64,000 nucleotides of DNA from an uncultured Rickettsiales bacterium (GTDB lineage: Bacteria; Pseudomonadota; Alphaproteobacteria; Rickettsiales; UBA8987), in NCBI GenBank assembly GCA_964445765.1, contig CAYULD010000003.1, positions 76,571-140,570 of the forward strand. Direction: 5' to 3'. The notes beneath the pieces were generated by a model. It ran no database searches and was not told the origin of the DNA. It was given only the letters and a program-made list of their open reading frames with translations. Positions 47,161 to 54,644 of the stretch are shown one piece after another. The translations under genes and the position numbers were made by a program. Position 1 is the first letter of the stretch. Each line of letters opens with the position of its first letter.

Positions 47161-48966
47161 ATGCCAACATATCGTGCACCAGTTAGAGATTTTCAATTTG
47201 CTCTGAAAGAGTGGTTGAATATTGAACAATATCAAAATTCGGGAATGGAGGGTTTTGAGGATCTCTCCTTCGTTGATGCAATTTTAGAAGAAGGGGCAAA
47301 ATATTGTGAAGATGTTCTGCACCCAATAAATCAATCAGGTGATATAGAGGGCTTAAAGCTAGAAAAAGGTGAAGATGGCTATAACAAAGTTATTCTGCCA
47401 CAAGGCTTTAAGGAGGCTTACCAACAATATGTTGAAAATGGCTGGGGCAGTTTTGCTTGCGATAAAGCATATGGCGGGCAGGGCTTGCCGAATGTTATAA
47501 ATACGCCTTTCATTGAGATGGTTTGCTCTTCAAATCTATCATTTGGGCTAATCCCGGGTTTAACGCATGGTGCTTACTCAGCACTTCATTTATATGGCTC
47601 TGATGAGCAAAAACAAAAATATTTACCTAAGCTTTCAACCGGTGAGTGGACGGGTATAATGTGTTTAACAGAGCCACAAGCTGGAACGGATTTAGGTTTA
47701 ATAACAACTCGTGCAGAAGCAAATTCTGATGGTAGTTATGCAATTTATGGTAATAAAATATTTATTTCTTGTGGAGAGCACAACGCTGCAGAAAACATAG
47801 TGCATCTTATTCTTGCGAGGTTACCTAATGCTCCGGAAGGCGTGAAGGGTATTTCACTATTTGTTTCTTCAAAATATGATGTTCTGCAAGATGGCTCTAT
47901 GGGTGAAAGAAACAAGGTAAATTGTGCCTCTTTTGAACATAAAATGGGTCTTCACGCAAGCCCAACTTGTGTGATGAATTATGATGGGGCTAAGGCTTGG
48001 CTTGTGGGTGAGCCTCACAAAGGCTTGCGTGCAATGTTTGCAATGATGAATGAAGCCCGCTTATTAGTTGGCATTCAGGGGCTTGGTATTGGTGAAATAT
48101 CATATCAAAATGCACTTGCTTATGCAAAGGAAAGATTGCAGGGCAGGGCGCTTGCTGGTGCGAAATATCCTAATAAAAAAGCGGATCCAATCACTGTTCA
48201 CCCAGATGTTCGCAGAATGTTATTATCTCAGCGTGCATTTGCTGAAGGTGGTAGAATTCTTGCACTTTGGATGGCATTAAATGTAGATATAATGCATAAA
48301 CACCCAAATGAAGAGGAGCGAAAAATTGCTGATGATTTTGTTGCATTGATGACACCAATTACCAAAGCATATTTAACTGGTGAAGGAACGCAAGTTGCAC
48401 ATACTGGAATGCAGGTTCTTGGCGGTTATGGCTATATTAAAGAATATGGTATGGAGCAATTTTTGCGTGATTGCCGTATTACAGAAATTTATGAAGGAAC
48501 AAACGGCGTGCAGGCGTTAGATTTAGTTGGGCGTAAAATGCCTATGGGAACAGGGCGTTTGTTGAGGCGTTTCTTCCACCCAGCACAAGAATTTGTAGAT
48601 AGCAACAAAGATAATGAGCAAATGGCAGAATTTACAAAACCTTTCTATCAAGGGTTAAAATCTCTGCGTCAAGCATCTCTCTGGATAGCTCAGAAATCCT
48701 TGGCTAATAAAGATGAGGCTGCAGGTGCATCAGTTGATTATTTGAGGTTATTTTCATTAGTTGCAATAGGTTTCATCTGGACGAAATCTGCAAAAATCGC
48801 TCTTGATAAATTATCAGCAGGAACAGTAGAAAAAGCTTTTTATGAAGCCAAACTTGCAACCGCAAGGTTCTTCTTAAATCGTATTCTGCCTGAGCATTTC
48901 TCGCTACTGGCAAAAATCACAGCCGGTGTAAAACATATGGAAATCCCTGATTTAGAAGCGGCATAG
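47161..48966 (+). CDS. Long-type acyl-CoA dehydrogenase
   Basis: 601 aa, TEPQAGTDL, GGYGYIKEYGMEQFLRDCRITEIYEGTNG. Confidence 0.9.
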   Translation: MPTYRAPVRDFQFALKEWLNIEQYQNSGMEGFEDLSFVDAILEEGAKYCEDVLHPINQSGDIEGLKLEKGEDGYNKVILPQGFKEAYQQYVENGWGSFACDKAYGGQGLPNVINTPFIEMVCSSNLSFGLIPGLTHGAYSALHLYGSDEQKQKYLPKLSTGEWTGIMCLTEPQAGTDLGLITTRAEANSDGSYAIYGNKIFISCGEHNAAENIVHLILARLPNAPEGVKGISLFVSSKYDVLQDGSMGERNKVNCASFEHKMGLHASPTCVMNYDGAKAWLVGEPHKGLRAMFAMMNEARLLVGIQGLGIGEISYQNALAYAKERLQGRALAGAKYPNKKADPITVHPDVRRMLLSQRAFAEGGRILALWMALNVDIMHKHPNEEERKIADDFVALMTPITKAYLTGEGTQVAHTGMQVLGGYGYIKEYGMEQFLRDCRITEIYEGTNGVQALDLVGRKMPMGTGRLLRRFFHPAQEFVDSNKDNEQMAEFTKPFYQGLKSLRQASLWIAQKSLANKDEAAGASVDYLRLFSLVAIGFIWTKSAKIALDKLSAGTVEKAFYEAKLATARFFLNRILPEHFSLLAKITAGVKHMEIPDLEAA

Positions 48967-49236
48967 GGCGTGTTGAAATTTAATTAGTAGAAGCGTTGCT
49001 TTATCAATTTTGGCAGAGAACAAGATAAATTTTGAAGGAATAGTTATTCATATTTCAAAAAATTTATCGTAGTCAGTATGCCAAAATTGATAGCAACCCG
49101 AAGGGAAATGGCTATTTTTGCTATCTAGCTACTAAAATTTGTTCGCAGATATGATTAACTATCTGTCTCCAAATTTTCTTGCTATATAACAAAAATAGCT
49201 CATTTCGCTTGCAACGAATTAAATGTCAACACGCCC
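48966..49236. mobile_element. 271-nt non-coding element with 20-bp terminal inverted repeats and nested internal hairpins (MITE-like), flanked by TA
   Basis: The left end is gggcgtgttgaaatttaatt. The right end aattaaatgtcaacacgccc is a 19/20 reverse complement. Internal inverted pairs lie at 48994-49013/49080-49097 and 49105-49120/49190-49205. TA is present on both flanks. Confidence 0.4.
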
Positions 49237-49250
49237 TAGTATTATAAAAA

Positions 49251-50567
49251 CTAACCTTCTAATATCTTTTTAAGCTCTTGGTAACAGGTTTGCAGGTTCA
49301 TTGCTTCCTTTGGGTTTTGATTGAGAAAAGCCTCAATTTTAGGGAAATATTTAATCGCGTTATCTATCTGTGCATCACTGCCTTTTCTATAAGCCCCAAG
49401 CCTAATAAGCTCCGCCATATCATTATAGGTGGAGAGTAAATTTTTTGCAGTGCCAATAATTTTATTTTCATCATCACTATTACAAGCTGGCATTGTTCTT
49501 GAAACCGAGCGAAGAACATCAATAGCTGGGTATCTGCCCCTTTCAGCGATTTTTCTATCCATTATAATATGGCCATCTAAAATACCGCGAACTGTATCAG
49601 AGATTGGCTCATTATGATCATCACCTTCAACTAAAACTGTGAATAAGCCAGTTATATCACCTTGGTTTTCACCGCCGGGGCCCGCCCTTTCTAAAAGTTT
49701 TGGCATTTCAGCAAATACTGAGGGGGTATAACCCCTTGTGGCGGGTGGCTCACCAACTGAAAGCCCAATTTCCCTTTGTGCCATTGCGAAACGAGTTACT
49801 GAGTCAAGTAAGCATAAAACATTTTTACCAATATCTCTAAAATATTCAGCCACAGAAAGCGTTAGATAAGCGGCTTGCCTTCTCATTAATGCAGATTCAT
49901 CAGAGGTTGCAACTATAATAACCGCATTTTTAAGACCTTCTTCACCAAGGTAATTATCTAAGAATTCTTTAAGCTCTCTGCCCCTTTCACCAACTAGGCC
50001 TATAACTTTAATATCTGCATCTGAATATTTTGTAAGCATTGAAATTAACATTGATTTTCCAACGCCTGATCCTGCAAAAATACCAAGCCTTTGGCCAACG
50101 CAACAACTGGTGAATAAGTTTACAGCTTTCACGCCTAAATCAATTTTTTTGCCAACTGCCTTCCTTTTATGAGCAGGAATTGGTTGGTTTTTAATCGCAT
50201 AAGCTTTTTGCCCTTGTGATAAAATTCCTTTATCATCAACTGCTTGCCCTAAGGCATTTAATATTCTGCCTCGCCATTCTTCAGTTGGATAAATATAAGA
50301 CATTGAGTTTTCAACCTCTACCCTGCAACCAATAGAAACTTCAACAATCTCTGAAAAAGCCATTAAAAAAACTTTTTCATTTTCTAAGGCAATTACTTCG
50401 GTTAAAATTTTATCACCTAAATTATTAATGATAGAGCATTTTGAGCCTTGAGAAGTAAAACTACCAAGCCCTTCTGCTTCAATCATCAAGCCTTTGATTG
50501 CGGTAATTTTACCAAAAATTTTGAAGTCTGAAATTTTAGAAATTTTATCTAAAGTGGCATCAAACAT
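49251..50567 (-). CDS. fliI: Flagellum-specific ATP synthase
   Basis: GIFAGSGVGKSML Walker A, LLDSVTRFA, F1/T3SS-ATPase layout, 438 aa. Confidence 0.92.
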   Translation of the reverse strand: MFDATLDKISKISDFKIFGKITAIKGLMIEAEGLGSFTSQGSKCSIINNLGDKILTEVIALENEKVFLMAFSEIVEVSIGCRVEVENSMSYIYPTEEWRGRILNALGQAVDDKGILSQGQKAYAIKNQPIPAHKRKAVGKKIDLGVKAVNLFTSCCVGQRLGIFAGSGVGKSMLISMLTKYSDADIKVIGLVGERGRELKEFLDNYLGEEGLKNAVIIVATSDESALMRRQAAYLTLSVAEYFRDIGKNVLCLLDSVTRFAMAQREIGLSVGEPPATRGYTPSVFAEMPKLLERAGPGGENQGDITGLFTVLVEGDDHNEPISDTVRGILDGHIIMDRKIAERGRYPAIDVLRSVSRTMPACNSDDENKIIGTAKNLLSTYNDMAELIRLGAYRKGSDAQIDNAIKYFPKIEAFLNQNPKEAMNLQTCYQELKKILEG

Positions 50568-50765
50568 TTACTCACCCATAAAAGATTTGCTAGCTTCTTG
50601 GTTTTGTTCAACAATTTTTTCGTAAATTTCTTTTCTTAGAACGCTTGCAGTTTTTGGAAATTCTAAACCGATTTTAACGGTTTTGCCTTTCACCTCTACA
50701 ATTTGAACTTCAATATTGTCGTTAATGATAATAGATTGCCCTAATTTTCTAGTAAGATATAGCAT
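50568..50765 (-). CDS. csrA: Carbon storage regulator / translational repressor CsrA
   Basis: MLYLTRKLGQSIIINDNIEVQIVEVKGKTVKIGLEFPKTASVLRKEIYEKI aligns along its length with E. coli CsrA. Confidence 0.9.
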   Translation of the reverse strand: MLYLTRKLGQSIIINDNIEVQIVEVKGKTVKIGLEFPKTASVLRKEIYEKIVEQNQEASKSFMGE

Positions 50766-50901
50766 ACCTGCACCCCTAAGCCTACTGGCGATTTGTTATT
50801 GAGTTTATGTTAAATAAATTGTTAGAAAAGTAAATAAAATTTATTTAACTATTAATAGTTGAGGAATATTTTATTTTATCATTAAATCAAATTTTCTTTG
50901 T

Positions 50902-51459
50902 ATGAAATTTATCAAAACCCTAATAATTATTTCTATGTTTTTCTTTTCAAATGCCAAGGCGGAAGATTCATCAAAACCAGTAGATATTTATAGTTTTGAA
51001 TTTGAATCTATTGATGGCAAAACCATTAAACTTTCTGATTATAAAGATAAAGTTATTTTAATTGTTAATACTGCTTGCCTTTGTGGTTTTACCCCTCAAT
51101 TTGCTGAGCTTGAAGCTTTGTGGCAAAAATATAAAGATAAGAATTTTATTTTAATTGGTGTTCCATCTGATAATTTTGGTGGGCAAGAGCTTGATTCTGA
51201 AAAAGAGGTGATGGAATATACTCAAAAAAATTATAAAATTACATTTCCACTTACAAAAATTTATAATGTGAAGGGTAAAGAAGCTCACCCGTTTTATAAT
51301 TATGTTAGTGATAATGTATCTGCACTTGGTGCTCCCAAATGGAATTTTCATAAATATCTAATTGGTAAAGATGGCAAAATAGCTGAGTGGTATGCCTCTA
51401 CAACATCTCCAAATTCAGAAAAATTAATTAGCAAAATTGAAGAATTATTAAATAAATAA
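50902..51459 (+). CDS. Glutathione peroxidase (Cys type), secreted or periplasmic
   Basis: Signal peptide, VNTACLCGFTPQ, WNFHKYLIGKDG. Confidence 0.88.
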   Translation: MKFIKTLIIISMFFFSNAKAEDSSKPVDIYSFEFESIDGKTIKLSDYKDKVILIVNTACLCGFTPQFAELEALWQKYKDKNFILIGVPSDNFGGQELDSEKEVMEYTQKNYKITFPLTKIYNVKGKEAHPFYNYVSDNVSALGAPKWNFHKYLIGKDGKIAEWYASTTSPNSEKLISKIEELLNK

Positions 51460-51512
51460 ATTTGCTAATTTTTCATACAAAGCTATCTTAGGCAATGTTT
51501 TCTTAAAAGTTT

Positions 51513-52082
51513 ATGGAATATATTGCTTATATTTTGATACTTATTGCTTCAATAATTTTGATTGCAGTTATTATAATTTCTGCACTTAATATAATTTATC
51601 TCTCAACTATAATTTTTGGCGTTTGGCCGCCTAGTGTTCCAACTGATAGAAGAACCATAAAGCTCGCAATAGCTCAGCTTCAAAAATATTTTGAAAAGGA
51701 AGAAAATTTTATAATATATGATTTAGGTGCTGGCTATGGCAAATTTATAAATGCGTTTTCAAAAGCCTTTCCTAAAGCTAAAATTTATGGTGTTGAAATT
51801 TTATATTTGCCTTATTTTATTAGTAAATTTAGATTTAGAAAAAATAAAAATATTGAAATTATAAAACAAGATTTATTCAATAGTGATATTTCAAATGCAA
51901 ATGCAGTTTTTTGTTTTTACTGCGGAAATATTAAGAGATTATCAGATAAGTTGAAATCTGAGCTTTCTGAAAATACTATTGTAATCAGCAATAATTTTAG
52001 GCTAGAAAACTGGCAGGAACAGGAAATTATAAACATCAAAGATGTTATAAAATATAGAAAATTATATATCTATAAAAAATGA
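51513..52082 (+). CDS. Class I SAM-dependent methyltransferase with an N-terminal TM segment
   Basis: Motif I IIYDLGAGYGKF, 189 aa. Confidence 0.65.
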   Translation: MEYIAYILILIASIILIAVIIISALNIIYLSTIIFGVWPPSVPTDRRTIKLAIAQLQKYFEKEENFIIYDLGAGYGKFINAFSKAFPKAKIYGVEILYLPYFISKFRFRKNKNIEIIKQDLFNSDISNANAVFCFYCGNIKRLSDKLKSELSENTIVISNNFRLENWQEQEIINIKDVIKYRKLYIYKK

Positions 52083-52618
52083 ACTACATTTTACCATATA
52101 AAAATATTTATCCAAAAATTCATCCATCGGTTTATATAGGTGCGGGTGCGGTGATTATTGGTGATGTTGAAATTGGTGAAGATTCTAGCATCTGGCCAAA
52201 TTGCGTGATTAGAGGTGATGTAAATTATATACGCATTGGCAAACGCACAAATATTCAAGATGGCACAATTATCCATGTTTCAAGGCCTTCGGTTGCAGCA
52301 AATACCGCAGGGCAGGGAAGTGGAATGACAATTATTGGTGATAATGTTACGATAGGTCATAAATCTATGCTCCACGCTTGCACATTAGAAAATGAATCCT
52401 TTGTTGGTATGAGTGCAACTATTATGGATGGTGCAATTGTTAGAACTGGCGGAATGGTTGCAGGGGGTGCGGTGGTAACATATAAAAAAGAAATTCCAGC
52501 AGGGCAGATATGGGCGGGAAATCCTGCAAAATTCATCCGAGAAATGAAACAACAAGAAAAAGATTTTATTCTAATTTCTGCACAAAATTATGTTAATGAT
52601 GCGAGGGAGTATATTTAA
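52079..52618 (+). CDS. Gamma-class carbonic anhydrase-like hexapeptide-repeat protein
   Basis: IHPSVYIGAGAVIIGDVEIGEDSSIWPNCVIRGDVN.IRIG.RTNIQDG, 179 aa. Confidence 0.85.
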   Translation: MNYILPYKNIYPKIHPSVYIGAGAVIIGDVEIGEDSSIWPNCVIRGDVNYIRIGKRTNIQDGTIIHVSRPSVAANTAGQGSGMTIIGDNVTIGHKSMLHACTLENESFVGMSATIMDGAIVRTGGMVAGGAVVTYKKEIPAGQIWAGNPAKFIREMKQQEKDFILISAQNYVNDAREYI

Positions 52619-52642
52619 TGGTTTGTCTAAAATAACCATCAA

Positions 52643-52672
52643 CTATTAACTATTAACGATTAACTATTAACG
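52643..52672. repeat. Tandem heptamer array (CTATTAA/CGATTAA) x4 directly upstream of the GT4 start codon
   Basis: ctattaa ctattaa cgattaa ctattaa cg, ending 3 nt before the ATG at 52676. Confidence 0.85.
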
Positions 52673-52675
52673 AAA

Positions 52676-53761
52676 ATGAGCGATAAACGAATCATAAACG
52701 CAATGTTTGCAAAGGGTTTAGGTGGTATTGAGCAAGCCTTTGTGGATTATACGCAAGCTCTATTATTACAGGGTTATGAAGTTATTTGCGTGGTGAGTAA
52801 AGGGGCGAAGATAGTTTCGGAGCTTCAAAATCTTGGAAATTCTAGAGTTCAAGTAATTCAAATCACACAATTAGGTAAATGGGATTTTTTAGCAAAATTG
52901 AAATTATATAATATTCTTAAAAATGAAAAGCCAAAAGCAGTTATAGCACATGGAAATAGGCCAACTTCATTATTTAGGTGGGCTTGCACAAAAAATAAAA
53001 TAAAACTTATTGCGGTTGCACATAATTATAAAATTAAGCCCTTACTTATGGCTGATTATATTTTTTCAATTACCCAAAATTTGAAAAACTATATTGGTGG
53101 AAGCAGGTTTCCACTTAATAGAATTTTTGTGATACCGAATATGTTGAAGATCGGGATTGGGGATTGGGGATTGGGGATTAGAAAAAACAAATTTAATTAC
53201 CAACCCCTAAGCCCTCACCCCCAAGCCCCAACTATCGGTGTAATGGTTCGTTTTGTAAAGAAAAAAGGGGTTGATGTTTTTCTTAAAGCCTGTGGTGCAT
53301 TAAAAGATAAGGGCTATAAATTCAACGCAATAATAGGTGGCACTGGGGAGGAACAATTTGCCCTGCAAGCCTTGCGTGATGAGCTGAAACTAAATGATTA
53401 TGTTAAATTTATTGGCTGGGTAAAAGATAAGCAAGAATTTTATAATTCTATTGATATTTTTTGCTTGCCATCACTTCACGAGCCTTTTGGAATTGTTATT
53501 CTGGAGGCGTTTTCCTATAAGAAACCAATTATAACAACAAATTCTGAGGGGCCAGAAGAGACATGTGAAGATGGTATAGATTGCTTAATGATTGAAAAAA
53601 ATCACGCTGGAAAACTTGCGGAATCTCTAGCTAAATTAATTGATAATCAAAATTTAGCTGAAAATTTAGCTGAAAATGGTTACAAAAAATTGATTGAAAA
53701 TTATTCACTTGAAAAAATTTCCGTGAAATTAAATAATAGTTTGGAAAATATTTTGTTGTAA
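52676..53761 (+). CDS. GT4-family glycosyltransferase
   Basis: C-terminal half has the EPFGIVILEA E-x7-E type motif. Two Rossmann halves, 361 aa. The inter-domain linker is encoded by a repeat element. Confidence 0.85.
   Translation: MSDKRIINAMFAKGLGGIEQAFVDYTQALLLQGYEVICVVSKGAKIVSELQNLGNSRVQVIQITQLGKWDFLAKLKLYNILKNEKPKAVIAHGNRPTSLFRWACTKNKIKLIAVAHNYKIKPLLMADYIFSITQNLKNYIGGSRFPLNRIFVIPNMLKIGIGDWGLGIRKNKFNYQPLSPHPQAPTIGVMVRFVKKKGVDVFLKACGALKDKGYKFNAIIGGTGEEQFALQALRDELKLNDYVKFIGWVKDKQEFYNSIDIFCLPSLHEPFGIVILEAFSYKKPIITTNSEGPEETCEDGIDCLMIEKNHAGKLAESLAKLIDNQNLAENLAENGYKKLIENYSLEKISVKLNNSLENILL
53153..53230. repeat. Family C heptamer-arm hairpin element lying in-frame inside the GT4 gene
   Basis: gggattggggattggggattggggattag ... 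ttaccaacccctaagccctcacccccaagcccca. The centre and right arm resemble the intergenic copy at 32287-32356 (taataccaacacctaaaccct against taattaccaacccctaagccct). Confidence 0.7.
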
Positions 53762-53764
53762 ATT

Positions 53765-54577
53765 ATGCAGTTTATTAAGTTAAATCGTGGGTTGATTTTA
53801 GTTTCTGGTGCGGATTCTGAAAAATTCCTGCAAGGAATAATTTCAAATGATATTAAAAAATTAAATGGTGAAAACGCAATCTATACTTACTTTCTAACAC
53901 CACAAGGTAAATATATTTCTGATTTTTTTGTTATTGGTTTTAATGCGGGATATTTAATTGATTGCCCATATATTGATAAAGATTTACTTATCAAAAAATT
54001 TAGCCTCTATAAACTTCGCTCTGATGTAAAAATTTCAGATGAATCAGAAAATTTTGAGGTTTACCAAATTATAAACGCTAAAAAAGAAGATATAAAAATC
54101 TCTCAAAATTCCATTGTTTTCCTAGATACTCGCAGTGAAAATATGGGTTTTAGATTATTAAAAAATAAATTTGAAAATTTGGAAATTCAAAATTCTGAAA
54201 TTAAATTATATCATCAACTAAGAATTGATAATTTAGTTGCTGAGGGTGAATTTGATTTGGAAAAAGAAAAATCTTTTCCATTACAATTTAGAATGATTGA
54301 AAACCAAGCCGTTGATTTCAAAAAAGGTTGTTATGTTGGGCAGGAAGTTACCGCTAGAACGCATCATAGAGGCACAATTCGCAAAACAATTTATAAAGTT
54401 TCAAGCGAACAAAATTTAGAAAATTTATCTGAAAAAGAAATTTATTCAGGTGAAGTTTCATTAGGAAAGCTTCTGACTATAAATGGCAACAATGCCCTTG
54501 CACAGATTGAAGTTGATGCTGTTGAACAAAATAAACCTTTATCTGTTTCTGGAGTTAAGATAGTTGTTAATTTGTAA
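53765..54577 (+). CDS. ygfZ: Folate-binding YgfZ/GcvT-like Fe-S cluster repair protein
   Basis: KGCYVGQEVTARTHHRG signature, 270 aa. Confidence 0.85.
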   Translation: MQFIKLNRGLILVSGADSEKFLQGIISNDIKKLNGENAIYTYFLTPQGKYISDFFVIGFNAGYLIDCPYIDKDLLIKKFSLYKLRSDVKISDESENFEVYQIINAKKEDIKISQNSIVFLDTRSENMGFRLLKNKFENLEIQNSEIKLYHQLRIDNLVAEGEFDLEKEKSFPLQFRMIENQAVDFKKGCYVGQEVTARTHHRGTIRKTIYKVSSEQNLENLSEKEIYSGEVSLGKLLTINGNNALAQIEVDAVEQNKPLSVSGVKIVVNL

Positions 54578-54579
54578 TT

Positions 54580-54631
54580 GTCATTCTGAGCAAAGCGAAG
54601 AATCTAGATCTTTCGCTCCGCTCAAGATGAC
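54580..54631. repeat. Palindromic intergenic repeat, family A
   Basis: gtcattctgagcaaagcgaagaatc-tagatc-tttcgctccgctcaagatgac, between ygfZ and proB. Confidence 0.85.
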
Positions 54632-54644
54632 TAAAACCTTATAA

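Noticed and set aside
52643-53230. Heptamer arrays as a CRISPR array or telomere-like sequence
   Set aside because: The units are 7 nt with no unique spacers and there are no cas genes. The resemblance to TTAGGG/TTGGGG-type telomere repeats is superficial, and the arrays are short and internal.
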